A stretch of DNA of 64,000 nucleotides, taken from contig NC_086097.1 of assembly GCF_963921235.1 (NCBI RefSeq), forward strand, positions 30,320,001-30,384,000, written 5' to 3'. The translations under genes and the position numbers were made by a program. Under the pieces are notes generated by a model. The model ran no database searches, was not told where the DNA came from, and saw only the letters and a list, made by a program, of their open reading frames with translations. Shown piece by piece: positions 36,201-49,093 of the stretch. How positions within the stretch are numbered: the stretch's first letter is position 1; each line of letters opens with the position of its first letter. The DNA is from Mobula hypostoma. Taxonomy: Eukaryota.

Positions 36201-36805
36201 GTAGAGTTATTGACCCCTTCCTGTTTCTAACTTCCACCCACAGAAACTCAGTAGACAATCCCTCCATGACTTCTTCCTTTTCTATAGCTGTGACACTATC
36301 TCTGATCAGCAGTACCATGCCCCCACCTCTTTTGCCTCCCTCCCTGTCCTTTCTGAAACATCTAAAGCCTGGCTCTCTAAGTAGAAATTCCTGCCCCTGA
36401 GCCGTCCAAGACTCTGTAATGGCCACAACATCATAGCTCCAAGTACTGATCCGTACTCTAAGTTCATCCGCTTTGTTCATGATGTTTCTTGCATTAAAGT
36501 AGACACATCTCTAACCATCGGTCTGAGTGCATCCCTTCTCTATCACCTGCCTATCCGCCCTCTCACACTGCCTACAAGCTTTCTCTATTTGTGAGCCAAC
36601 CACTCCTTCCTTCGTCTCAACAGTTTGGTTCCCACCCCCCAGCAATTCTAGTTTATACTCTCCTTAGCAAACCTCCCTGCCAGGATATTGGTCCCCTTGG
36701 ATTCAAGTGCAACCCATCCTTTTTGTACAGGTTACACCTGCCCCAAAAGAGGTCCCAATGACCCAGAAATCTGAATCCCTGCCTCCTGCTCCAATCCCTC
36801 AGCCT
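33282..36805 (-). mobile_element. CR1 LINE: ORF1 esterase-like C-terminus plus disrupted ORF2 (AP endonuclease and RT)
   Basis: GFRFLGHWDLFWGR...KDGLHLN at about 36700-36800; YDVVAITESW, MGDFNFPNIDW, VYMDFSKAFDKVP, SKFADDTKVG. Confidence 0.92.
34592..35352 (-). mobile_element. Young Rex1/Babar 3' fragment nested in the minus-strand CR1
   Basis: Near-identical inverted counterpart of 30119-30950. Confidence 0.9.
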
Positions 36806-38490
36806 CACTCACACAGGTGTGGGCAGAGACTGGGGAAGTGGAATTAGTTGGGCACCGACGCAGGACTGTGGGAGAGAGCAGGGCAGTTGGATTAAAGTGG
36901 GGAGAGAGGGTCAGTGTATTTGTGTGGGGTCTGACACTGGGCTGTGGGGAGAGAGGGTCAGTGTAATCGTGTGGGGTCTGACACTGGGCTGTGGAGAGAG
37001 AGGGTCAGTGTATTTGTGTGGGGACTGACTGGGCTGTGGGGAGAGAGGGTCAGTGGGATTGGTGTAGGTTCTGACACTGGGCTGTGGGGAGAGAGGGTTA
37101 GTGGAATTATTGTGGGGTCTGACACTGGGCTGTGGGGAGAGAGGGTCAGTGGGATTGGTGTGGGTTCTGACACTGGGCTGTGGGGAGAGTGGGTCAGTGT
37201 ATTTGTGTGGGGACTGACTGGGCTGTGGGGAGAGACGGTCAGTGGGATTATTGTGGGGTTTGACACTGGGCTGTGGGGAGAGTGGGTCAGTGTAATCGTG
37301 TGGGGACTGACACTGGGCTGTGGGGAGAGAGGGTCAGTGTATATGTGTGGGGACTGATACTGGGCTGTGGGGAGAGAGGGTCAGTGTAATCGTGTGGGGT
37401 CTGACACTGGGCTGTGGGGAGAGAGGGTCAGTGGGATTGGTGTGGGTTCTGACACTGGGCTGTGGGGAGAGTGGGTCAGTGTATTTGTGTGGGGACTGAC
37501 TGGGCTGTGGGGAGAGACGGTCAGTGGGATTATTGTGGGGTCTGACACTGGGCTGTGGGGAGAGTGGCTCAGTGTATTTGTGTGGGGACTGACACTGGGC
37601 TGTGGGGAGAGTGGGTCAGTGTAATCGTGTGGGGACTGACACTGGGCTGTGGGGAGAGAGGGTCAGTGTATATGTGTGGGGACTGATACTGGGCTGTGGG
37701 GAGAGAGGGTCAGTGTAATCGTGTGGGGACTGACACTGGGCTGTGGGGAGAGTGGGTCAGTGTATTCATGTGGAGTCTGACACTGGGCTGTGGGGAGAAT
37801 GGGTCAGTGTATATGTGTGGGGTCTGACACTGGGCTGTGGGGAGAGTGGGTCAGTGTATTTGTGTGGGGACTGACACTGGGCTGTGAGGAGAGAGGGTCA
37901 GTGTATTTGTGTGGGGTCTGACACTGGGCTGTGGGGAGAGAGGGTCAGTGTATTTGTGTGGGGTCTGACACTGGGCTGTGGGGAGAGAGGGTCAGTGTAA
38001 TCGTGTGGGGTCTGACACTGGGCTGTGGGGAGAGAGGGTCAGTGGGATTATTGTGGGGTCTGACACTGGGCTGTGGGGAGAGTGGGTCAGTGTATTTGTG
38101 TGGGGTCTGACACTGGGCTGTGGGGAGAGAGGGTCAGTGGGATTAGTGTGGGGCCTGACACTGGCAGTAGGGAGAGAGCAGGACAGTAAGATTAGTTATA
38201 AACTTACAGGACTGTGGGGGAGAGAGTGAGGCAAAGTGATTTGCTTGGGAATGGATACAGGACTCTAGGGAGAGCACAGGACAGTGGGATTAGTTTGGCG
38301 ACTGACACAGGACGGTGGGGAGCGGGCAATGCAGTTGGATTAAAGGGGGACTGACACAGGGATGTGGGGAGAGAGTGGGTCAGTGGGATTAGTTTGGGAC
38401 TGATACAATACTGTGGGGAGAGAACGGGGCTGTGGGATTAGTTTGGGACTGATACTGGACTGTGGGGAGAGAGCGGGGTTGTGGGATTCG
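36806..38490 (+). repeat. G-rich minisatellite block 2 (about 27 homogeneous units at 36898-38160 plus diverged flanks)
   Basis: Same 45-48 bp unit variants as block 1. Confidence 0.97.
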
Positions 38491-38912
38491 ATAGACAGAC
38501 AGACAAATAGATAGATAGATGCTTTATTGATCCCAAAGGAAATTACATGTCATTGTAGCATTACAAGTGCACAGACATACAAATATTAGAAGAGGAGTAA
38601 GAAAAACTGAAAAATAAGATGTACAAGATTTTCAAGTCAAAGATTACAAGATTTACAAATTCACACTGATAAAATGGTGGTGGAATAATTTCCGTAATAT
38701 TATACAGCAAAGGGTGCACATTCACACCATGCAGCTAAAAAGTGATGGTAGTATTGCACAGGGTGTCTGTGATAGCAGGGTGTGGTAAACAGAGCTAAAC
38801 AGAGCTTAACCAGAGCTCTGCTAAACAGAGTTTAATAGCAGTCTAACAGGAGGAGGTTATCGCTTCCCCAGCTAGAGATTGGCTCATTTTAGAGGTTTAA
38901 TGGCCAAGGGTA
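38491..38912 (-). mobile_element. LINE 3' tail (Rex1-like) with (TCTA/TCTG)n end, inserted in the satellite
   Basis: GGGATCAATAAAGCATCTATCTATCTA on the minus strand; satellite resumes at about 38913. Confidence 0.55.
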
Positions 38913-39500
38913 AGGATTACTTTGGGGACTGATAGAGGGCTGTGGGGATAGAGTGGGGCAGTGGGATTACTTTGGAGACTGATAGAGGGCTGTGGGGAGA
39001 GAGTGGAGCAGTGGGATTAGTTGGGGGACTGATAGAGGGCTGTGGGACAGTGGGATTAGTTTCGGAACCAATACAGGGCTGTGGGGCAGTGGGATTAGTT
39101 TGGGGACTGATACAGGGCTGTGGGGAGAGAGTGGGGCAGTGGGATTAGTTGGGGGACCGATACAGGGCTGGGAGAAGAGAGTGGGGCAATGGGATTAGTT
39201 GGGGGACTGATAGAGGGCTGTGGGGAGAGAGTGGGGCAGTGGGATTAGTTTTGGAACTGATACAGGGCTGTGGGGCAGTGGGATTGGTTTGGGGACTGAT
39301 ACAGGGCTGTGGGAAGGGAGTAGGGTAGTGGGATTAGTTGGGGGACCGATACAGGGCTGGGAGAAGAGAGTGGGGCAGTGGGATGAGATGGGGGACTGAT
39401 AGAGGGCTGTGGGGAGAGAGTGGGGCAGTGGAATTGGTTTGGGAACTGATACAGGGCTGTGGGAAGGGAGCAGGGTAGTGGGATTACTTTGGGAACTGGT
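38913..39500 (+). repeat. G-rich minisatellite block 3, a different monomer variant (about 50 bp plus shorter deletion units)
   Basis: GTGGGATTAGTT(G/T)GGGGACTGATA(C/G)AGGGCTGTGGGGAGAGAGTGGGGCA. Confidence 0.95.
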
Positions 39501-41552
39501 TCTGGAATGGTTTCACCTTTAGAATGAGGTGAATCCTCTCTGGACATCTGCCCATGACCCGTACATTTCCTGTCCAAGGCCAATCTACAGAGAGAGACTC
39601 AGAAACTGAACATAGAACACGGGAGGGGTTAGCACAGGGACAGGCCCGTCAGCCCAAAATGTTTGGGTTGAAGGTCCTCCAATATTTGATATTTCTACAT
39701 TGGGAAAAAATTTCTGACACTCTATATCTGTAACTAATTTTATAAATTTCAATCAAGTCTCCCCTGAACTCTGACAAAAATAATGGCTAATACGACAGGG
39801 CATAATTTTAGGGTGATTGGATGAAATGATAGGGGGGATGTCAGAGGTGGTTATATGCTCAGAGAGAAGTGAGTGTGTGGTATATGCTGACAGGGGTAGT
39901 GGTGTACAGCATACGTTAGGGACATTCAAGAAACCCTTAGTTAGGCACATGGATGATAGAAAAATGGAGGGCTGAGTCCGAGGGAAGGGTTAGATTGATC
40001 TTAGACTAGGTGATATGGTTGGCACATCATCGTGGGCCAAAGGGTTTGTACTGTGCTGTAGTGTTCTATGTTTAAAAAAAGTCTGTCCAACCCCTTATTA
40101 TAGTTCATGCCCTCTAATTCAAGCAGCATCCTGGTGAACTTCTACACTATCTCCAAAGCCTCCACATCCTTCCTGTAATGGGGCGACCAGAACTGAACTC
40201 AATACTCAAAGTGCGAACTAACCGAAGTTTTATACACCTACTGCAATGTGACTTCCTGTCTCTTATACTCAATGCCCTGAAATTGAGAGAGGAGACACAC
40301 AGAGGGGCTAGGCAAAGGAGAGACAGGGGCAGGGCACTGTCAAAGGTATCAGGTACACTAGCATTGCTTTAGAGGCATGTGAACAGGAACACAAATAGCC
40401 CAGGGAATGGGGAGACATGAAACAGGCACAGAAGATTGGAGTAGGTCTGATCAATATCTTGCTCATCACAGACACGATGAGCTGAACGGTCACTTCCTTT
40501 GTTGTACATTTCTATGTTCTACGTACTATGTAAAATCATGAAGAAGACATACCAGCATTTCCATTTTCTTAGGAAGTTAAGGAGCTTCAGCTCATCGCCA
40601 ATTGCTCTAAAAAACTGTTGCAGAGGTACTGTTGAAAGTATCCTGACCGGTTGCATCACGAGCTGTTAAGGCAATTCCAGCACGCTGGAACATAAGGAGC
40701 TTCAGAGAGAGGTGCACTCAGCCCAATACAACCCAGCCACATCCCTCCCCACCATCAGTAGTATCGACAGGAGGTGCCGCCCCATTAACACAGCACCCAT
40801 CTTCAAAGATCCTCACTATCTGGGTCATACCATCTTCTCACAGCTACAACGACTAATGACAGCTTCGATCCCACTGTTATCAGACCACTTGAACGGACCT
40901 CATGTATCATAAGATGGACTCTTGACCTCACAATCTGCCTTGCTATGACCTTGCACTTTGTCGTTTATCTACACTGTACTTTCTCTGTAACTGTAACTCC
41001 CTATTTTACATTACTATTGTTTTGTCTTGTTCTACCTCAATACACCGTGTGACGATTTGATCTGAATGAGCAGAATGCAAGACCAGCTTTTCACTGTACA
41101 TGTGACAGTAATAAACCAGCACCAATGAATAGATCATTAAAGACCTCCACCATCCTCGCCATACCATCAGGCAGGAGGTACAAGAGGCCTGAAGTCCCAC
41201 TCCACTAGGTTCAGGGACAGTGACTTTCCTACAACCATCAGCTTCCTAAAGTGACTGGCACAACTCTAACCCTACCTCACCAACAGAACACTACAGAGCA
41301 CCCCCAGCACTACCAGGGACTTGTTTCATATCGTGTCTTCATTTTTGCACTGAAGTATAGCCTTTGCACAGTCTCTTTTCACTGTATGCTATAATTCTAT
41401 GTATAATATAAAATAGGATTTTTACACAGATTGGTGGGCGCATGTAACACACTGCCAGGGGTGGTGGTAGAGGCAGATACATTAGGGCATTTAGGAGACT
41501 CTTAAATAGGCATGTGGATGACAGAAAAATGGAGAGTTATACAGGAGGGAAG

Positions 41553-41998
41553 GATTAAATTGATTTTAGAGTAGGTTTAAAGGTTGGCACAACACTGTGG
41601 GCCGAAGGGCCTGTACTGTGCTGTTATATTTTCAAATGCTATTTTTGCCACCCTATCCACGGTAGCATTGCGATTACTGTAACGGTTTACAGGGCCAGTG
41701 AGCCGTGTTCAACTCCCTCTGCTACCTGTCCGGAATTTGTACGTTCTCCCCGTGACCGCGTTGGTTTCCTCTGGGTGCCCTGATTTCCTCCCACGCTGCA
41801 CAGATGCATGAGTTAGGTTTAGTAAGTTGTGGGCTTGCTATGCTGGAAGCAGACCAACACTTGTCCTCAGACTGCGTTGGTTGATGATGCAAACGACTCA
41901 TTTCACTGTTCGTTTCCGTGTACATGTGACAAATAAAGATAATCTTTAATCTGTTAGTATTCGATGTCACAGAATGCATTATCTCATATTGTCAAATT
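41553..41998 (+). repeat. Inverted duplicate of 7270-7715 (CR1 tail, spacer, SINE, CR1 scrap)
   Basis: Near-identical reverse complement across element junctions; tracked ORFs 7250-7546 and 41722-41979 translate almost identically. Confidence 0.92.
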
Positions 41999-42500
41999 TA
42001 ATGGAGGCAGATTCAATAGGGACATTTAAGAGACTCTTAGATGGAGAAAGAACAATGGAGGGCTGTATGGGAGGGAAGGGTCACCTCTGACTCAGGTCTA
42101 GTATCTTTGACATGTGATGTGAAATGTGTTGATTTGTGGCAACAGTACACTACAATACATAAAATATACTAAACATTACAATAAAAATAAATCATGAATG
42201 AATATAGAGTTCAAAATAGTCAGGCAGTGTTCGTGAGTTCATTCTCTGTTCAGAAATCTGGTGGCGGAGGGGAAGAAGCTGTTCCTAAAACTTTGAATGT
42301 GTCTTTTGGCTCCTGTACCTCCTCCCTGGTTGTAGTAATGAGAAGAGGGCATGTCCTGATGCCCTGGATGGTAAAGGTGCTTAATGATTGACTCTGCCTT
42401 TTTGAGGCATTGCTTTTTGGAGATGTCCTCGACAGGAGTGCAGTGCTAATTTTTTAGGTGCCGGAGCTGACAAAATGCTTGCCATTTCCTATATTCTCAT

Positions 42501-42502
<2 letters not shown>

Positions 42503-42556
<54 letters not shown>
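42503..42556. repeat. Compound (TC)n(TA)n microsatellite inside the hAT element
   Basis: Directly visible. Confidence 0.95.
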
Positions 42557-43965
42557 AACCAAGATGAAAGAAATATATGAATTCCAGAGCTCCACAGAAA
42601 TATAGTGGCAGTTAAGACATTAACAAGATTATAGCCTATCACTACATTTCAGTGTATAACTGGTACAATGAAACATTTAATACTTAATTTAATGATATGA
42701 CGAAGTATTGCACGGTTGCACTTACCAATTATCATAAAATATAATTATCAAGCAGGTAAAGAAAAAGATGGTAATCATGTATTTTACCAATTTAAGAGTA
42801 ATTACCTACTTACCAAATGCCACCAATGAGAAGTTTCACAATAATTTCCACGAAGGGTCAGGCGTAATTATGTCCGGGAGTCTGAAGCAACTCTTGGCCT
42901 GGTGTCATCTGCTGATCTGTGGTACCGCAGCCATGTTGTGACATACGGCTCAGGATTCCACTGAACTAGAGGAGGTCCGTGTAGTTTAACAAACATAAGT
43001 ACTGATACATGATCTATGAGAATTCTTGAGCGTGTTGTTGTTATTATCAAGTTCATGTGACTGAATCGTCTCTCACACTCAGCAGTACTAATAGGAATAA
43101 CTTGTGAACAGCTCAGTAATGGGCGTAAATCTTGGGGGAGCCTCCACATAATCTCTGAAGGCATTTATTACACAGGAAGAAGAAAGCTTAAACCTCTTAC
43201 AGAGAGATGATATTGCAGCTTCTCCATAGTTAGGCAGTATTTCAGCAGGCCGGTTATCTTTATCAAGGACACACATTTCATTTTGAGGGATTTATACATA
43301 CTTTGAGGTTTAGAAGTTTGAGAGCCTTTCAAGGATGTTGCCGTGAACATACGGTGCAGCAAGTTATTTATAAGACTAGTAAGAAACTGTAGATAATTAA
43401 TGGAGACAATTTTGTTGTTGCTTGTTAAGGTAATTTCCAATCTTCCCCTTTTTAACTGCCTCTTGAGCTTCTAGAATTTTTGTACCAGGTTGTCCTTTCA
43501 GTCCATGCAGTGATCTTGTGCTCAATTGGATCAGTTTGTCTGCATAAACAATCGTAGTAGTGTGTTTCTCTAAACACTCTGACAGTAAACCAAGTTCATG
43601 CAACGTGTCATACATTAGAGCTCAGTCCAATAGAAACTGTTCTGAAGAGATTCTCTTCAACAGACCTTCATAGGTTTTTCTGTTACTCCCAGATCTTGTT
43701 TCATCCTTCATTGCTTTTTCAAACTTAAAACACAGTGCTTCATAATTTTGCCACACTGCTGAAACAGGTGTAGAAGAGGATTTTGGATGATTAACTTGAA
43801 TATTTCATCAAAATCAGGCCAAAGATAAGTGAGCAGTGAATTTTTCTTTCATTATTTTCGACTTTTAACCTTAGGTTTCGATATTCATTCCTTGCTTAAT
43901 ATAGCTCCTACCTGGAACCTAATGGTACCCGTTGGAAAGAGCGGAAAAATGCTCACACTTGTGTA

Positions 43966-44175
43966 CAGTCGTCCCTCGGTATCCGCGGGGGATTGGTTCC
44001 AGGACCATCCCCCCGCCGCGGATACCAAAATCCGCAGATGCTCAGGTCCCTTATATAAAATGGTGTAGTATTTGCATATAACCTACGCACATCCTCCCGT
44101 ATACTTTAAATCATCTCTAGATTATTTATAATACCAAATACAATGTAAGTTGTTATACTGTATTGTTTCGGGTAC
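43966..44175 (+). mobile_element. Tigger/pogo-family fragment closely resembling MER2 (Tigger3-related MITE); left end only
   Basis: TA then CAGTCGTCCCTCGGTATCCGCGGGGGATTGGTTCCAGGACC...GCATATAACCTACGCACATCCTCCCGTATACTTTAAATCATCTCTAGATT, matching the MER2 consensus as recalled. Confidence 0.85.
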
Positions 44176-45367
44176 AATGCTCAAACGAGTGCTGGAGCGA
44201 GACTGAGGAGCTGTGAATTGGCGGGAGGCTACAGCAGGGAATGCTGGGACAACGGGTCGAGCGAGGAGGAGTATCACAAATACCTACATAAAAAACAGTC
44301 ACAGCTCCAGGATTTCACCAAAAACGATCAAGTATCCTAATGTTATTTGTGGTATTTTCCCCACCAGCCACCACCCCCTCTCCCCAAACCCTGCTTCCGT
44401 AAAATTCCCTCTATTTAATATGCGGCCGCTGTTAAATTCCCCGCTTGTTCATCTTGACTTTGTTTTCCAGAGGTGCTGGAGCGGTGCTCGGCTGAGCTCT
44501 GGCAGCACCTCACCCCTGGTCCTTGATGCTGGGCTGGCCAGTGCCCATGACGGAGTGGCTGAGTCTGCAGCCCTGTGCAGAATTTTCCAGTCCCGTGCAG
44601 TGGCCCCTCCCCATACAATAATGCAACCAGTCAGAATGCTCTCCACAGTACATCTGTAGAAATTTGCTCCAGTGTTTAGTGACATACCAAATCTCCTCAA
44701 ACTCCTGATGAAATATAGCCACTGGTATGCCTTCTTTGTAATTCCATCAATATGTTGAACCCAGGGTAGATCTTCAGAGATGTTGATACCCATGAACTTG
44801 AAGCTGCTCTCACTTTCCACTGTTGTTCCCTCAATGAGGTCTGGCGTATGTTCCCTCAACTTCCCATTCCTATAGTCCACAATCAGTTCCTTGGTCTTAC
44901 TGACCTTAATGTGACACCACTCAAACAGCCAATCTGCCTTACTTCCGCAAGACTTCCTGTCACCATCTGAGATTCTGCCTACGTCATGTTGTGGCATCGG
45001 CAAATTTACCTACACTCAGCCACACAGTCATGAGTCCAGAGAGAGTACAGCAGTGGGCGAGACACCTGTCTGCACTGTCAGTGTCACCACAGCAGCTCAG
45101 CTCTGTTGCAGACAATCAAATTCAAAGGTGCACAGGTTGGTCACAATTCAGCATGAAGCAACAGAAGCAGGCAGCACAGGAAGAAGACCTTCGGCCCATC
45201 ATGTCTGTGCTGACCATGATGTCAAACTAATAGATCCTGTCACCCTCTGCACCCTCTATGTCAGGTCTGGTTCATTGCCACATACACTTGTACAGTGAGG
45301 TACAGACTCAGTGAACAGCTTGTTTGCTGGAGCATCATAGACAACACCCAATATACTGTCTAAATTG

Positions 45368-45769
45368 GCCTTGCCTGCTTTTGGCAACCGAGAGGAAGGT
45401 CGAATCGTTCGGAGAGAGATGGCGCTCAGTACTCGGTGTCGGAGAGCTGATCAGAGGCTCGAAGTTTTCAGATGACTCAGAGTCGGATTGTGGTCGGCAT
45501 GGCAGGGAGAGATTTTCTTCCTTCTCCCATCTGCGTGAGATGTGGGACATTTGAGAAACTTTAAACTTTACCGTGCTCATGGACTTCTTCATCAAGTTAT
45601 GGTATTGTTACACTGTTTGTAACTATATGTTATAATTATGTGGTTTTGTCAGTTTTTTCAGTCTTGATTTGTCCTGTATTTTGTGATATCACACCGGAGG
45701 AAATATTGTATCATTTCTTAATGCATGCATTACTAAATGACAATAAAAGAGGACTACGTGTCTTCATAA
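45368..45769 (+). mobile_element. Non-coding non-autonomous retroposon, second copy
   Basis: TSD TCTAAATTG at 45359-45367 and 45770-45778; TAAATGACAATAAAAGAGG tail. Confidence 0.75.
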
Positions 45770-45784
45770 TCTAAATTGTATACT

Positions 45785-46270
45785 CAGAATCAGGGTTATT
45801 ATCACTGACATAATTTCATGAAATCAGTTATTTTACGGCAGCAGTACAGTGCAGCCATAACAGATTACTATAAGTTACAATAAAAATAAATAACACAAAA
45901 GAGGAATAGTGAGTGCATGGACCATTCAGAAATCTGATGTAAGAGAGAAAGAAACTGTTCCTGAATCATTGAGTGTGTGTCCTCGGGATCCTGTACATCC
46001 TCACTGATGGTAGTAATGAGGAGGACATATCCCAGATGGTGAGGGTCCTTCATGATGGATGCCACCTTCTTGAGGCACCACCTTTTGAAGATGCCCTCGG
46101 TGGGGGTGGGTTGAGGTGTTGTGCCCATGATGGAGCTGGTTGAGTCTACAATCCTCTGCAGCCTCTTGTGATCCTGGGCATTGGAGCCTCTGTACCAGGC
46201 GTTGATGCAGCCAGTCAGAACGCTCTCCATGGTGCGTCTGTGGAAACTTGCTAAAGGCTTTGGCGACATG
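45785..46270 (-). mobile_element. Rex1/Babar 3' fragment
   Basis: MSPKPLASFHRRTMESVLTGCINAWY...KDPHHLG. Confidence 0.8.
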
Positions 46271-47560
46271 CTCCTAATGCATTAGGTACACAAGGCAGTA
46301 AAAAGTGAAAAAAGAGAACTGTGCTTGAACAAGACCTTAGAGCAAGAACATGACCTGGGGCATCACTACCTCGTATGGCGCTCCAATGCACAGGAGTGTA
46401 AGAGACTGCAGAGGGTTGCTAAAGAAATTCAACGTGTCCCCATTGACCCTTACTAATCTTTGCTGATGAATCATAGAAAGCATCCTGTCTGGATGCACCT
46501 TGATTTAGTACAGCAACTGTTCTATTTGTAAATGCAAGGATTGCATCACCAAGCTCAAGGACAGCTTCTATCCCATAATAATCAGGCTGTTGAATGGTCC
46601 CCTAGTATGATAAAATGGACTTCTGACCTCACCATCGACCTCATTATAACCTTGCACCTTATTGCCTACCTGCACTGCACACTCTCTGTAGCAATTACAT
46701 TTTATTCTGCTTTCTCTTATTCTCTTACCTTGTTCTAGCTCAATGCACTGTGTAATGATTTGATTTGGTTTGTGTAATCAGTAGCAAGACAATCTTGTCA
46801 CTGTATCTTGGTACATATGATCATAATAAACCAATAATAACATATCTTTTTATGGGCTTGTCACTCCCCCCCATCGGTAGTGTCCACAGGAGGCATGGCC
46901 TCAAGACATGCCTCATGAGGACAGGTTGAGGGAGCTAGGGCTTTTCTCTTTGGAGCAAAGGAGGATGAAAGGCAACTTGATAGAGACGTATATGATTATG
47001 AGAAGCAGAGATAGAGTGGACCTTTGGACCAGAGAGTCGTGGGTGTCTGGACCTCGTGGGAGTTGGTGTAGAGTCATTCAAATGGGGACTTTGAAGACTC
47101 TTAGATAGGCTCATTTATGTAAGACAACGGAAGGTTTTGGGCTGTGTTGGTGGGAGGAAATAGCCTGATCGTGGAGCAGGTTAAAAGATTAGCACATCGT
47201 GAGCTGGCGGGCCTGTACTGTGCTGTACTGTTCTATGCTCTGTGTTTTAAGGCAACATAGAGTCAATCAGTAATACAGTATGGAAACAGGCCCTTCAGCC
47301 CATCTGGTCTGTGATGAACACAGCATTCTCCCTGCCAGTTCCAGTTGCCCAACCCTCCAAATCCTTTCCCTCTGTGTACCAATCTAACATCCATCATCAA
47401 AGATTCAGGAACACATTCTTCCCCTCCACCGTCAGATTTCTGAATATTCCATGAATACTACCTCTTTATGGCTCTTTTACGCTACTTATCTATTTTGTAA
47501 CTTTTAGTAAATTTTTTAATGTATGGCACTGTACTGCTGCCAAAAAACAACAAATATCCT

Positions 47561-49093
47561 TTCTTTCTTTCTTTTCAAATCTTTTTATTGTGTATATATA
47601 GGAAAAATAACATGAGTACATCGAAGTAACAACACTTACAATGCCTCGAAAAAAATCCCATCATCTTAAAGATCGAAAACAAAATTTTGTGGTAACAAAA
47701 AAAAACCTACTAAGCAGAAAAGTGAGAGAAAAAAAAGAACCTATTAGGTGTACTACCCCGGAGCCATGTGTCATACAAAAAGCTTCTAAAAATAAACATC
47801 AAACCGCCAGCAAGAAAAGAAAATATACTAAAAAAATTTACAATTAGATCGTGGAAAAATTATATCAATTAACTCAAATGATAATATCGAGCAAATGAGC
47901 CCCATCTTTTCTCAAAATCAAATAAAGGTTCAAAGGTTCAACTTCTAATTTTCTCCAAACTAAGACATAGCATCACTTGAGAGAACCATTGTGACAAAGT
48001 GGGAGCTGATGTATCCTTCCACGTCAACAAAATGGCCCTCCTAGCTATCAATGTAACAAATGCAACAACATGTTGGTCAGACACAGAAATATCATGAATA
48101 TTTTGAGGAACTATTCCAAAAAGCACAGTTAATTTATTAGGTTGTAAATTAATTTTAAGTGCTTTAGAAATTGTTGAGTAAACCGACTTCCAGAACTGTT
48201 CCAATATAGAACAAGACCAAAACATATGTGTCAGTGTAGCTATCTCAGTTTTACATCTATCACAATGACTATCAACATTAGGAAAAATTTTAGAAAGTCT
48301 CTCCTTTGTCAAATGATAACGATGTACAATTTTAAATTGAATCAATGAACGCTAGCACAAATCGAACAAGAGTTAACTAACTTCAATATCCGCATCCAAT
48401 CCTCCGTCATAAAAGTCAAATTAAGTTCCTTTTCCCAATCCTGTTTAATCTTAGACAAAGGACGCTTATCCCATTGTAATAATAAATCATAAATTCTTCC
48501 AATAGAACCCTTAATCAAAGGATTCATACTCATAATAGTATCTAACAGGTCAGCCTCCAATATGTAAGGGAAATTACTTAAATATTTTTGTAAAAAATGT
48601 CTAACTTGAAGGTATTGCAAAAAGTGTGAATATGAAAGAGAATATTTATCAGTTAATTGTTCAAAGGACATCAATCTATCTTCTTTAAATAAATCCAAAA
48701 AAGAATTAATACCTTTATTTTTCCAAAGTAGAAAAATTGGATCACTCAAAGAAGGCTTAAAAAAGTAATTTCGGTAAATTAAACTACAAAGTTTAAATTT
48801 TGTAAGATTAAAAGAATTGCGGAACTGGAGCCAAATTTGTAAAGAATACTTAATCACAGGATATAGGTTTAAATTAACAACTTTACCTAATTGCATAGGT
48901 AAAGGAGCCTCCAATAACGAAGTTAAATAAAACTGTTTTACAACTTTTAGTTCCAGATCTACCCAAATTGGCCGATCAGTCTTATCAACCCAGTATAACC
49001 AAAAAGACATATATTGCAGATTAACAGCCCAATAATACATTCTAAAATTAGGCAAAACAAGACCTCCATCCTTTTTCAATTTTTCAATTTTCG
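47561..49093 (-). mobile_element. L1/Tx1-clade LINE, 5'-truncated, well preserved
   Basis: KKDGGLVLPNFRMYYWA and QFKIVHRYHLTK..CDRC....TLTHMFWSC. (GAAA)n tail. 15-bp TSD AACAACAAATATCCT at 47546-47560 and 49094-49108. Confidence 0.93.

Larger units (their letters stand above)
42433..44518 (-). mobile_element. Internally deleted hAT DNA transposon (transposase remnant at about 42868-43770)
   Basis: hAT dimerisation motif IPISTAECERRFSHMNLI. Imperfect TIRs CAGGAGTGCAGTGCT / CAGGGGTGAGGTGCT. 8-bp TSD GTCCTCGA (42425-42432) and GTCCTTGA (44519-44526). Confidence 0.88.
42090..45090 (-). mobile_element. Rex1/Babar fragment split by the hAT insertion
   Basis: ORF 44449-45003 has KTKELIVDYR..FYRCTVESILTGCI. 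Sequence joins across 42432/44527. Confidence 0.8.

Noticed and set aside
23700..39500. CRISPR-like array (constant repeat plus variable spacer)
   Set aside because: Variable slots are only 8-9 bp and drawn from a few recurring variants, there are no cas genes, and the context is vertebrate.
47641..47847. Lys-rich basic ORF
   Set aside because: Antisense reading of the T-rich L1/Tx1 3' UTR.
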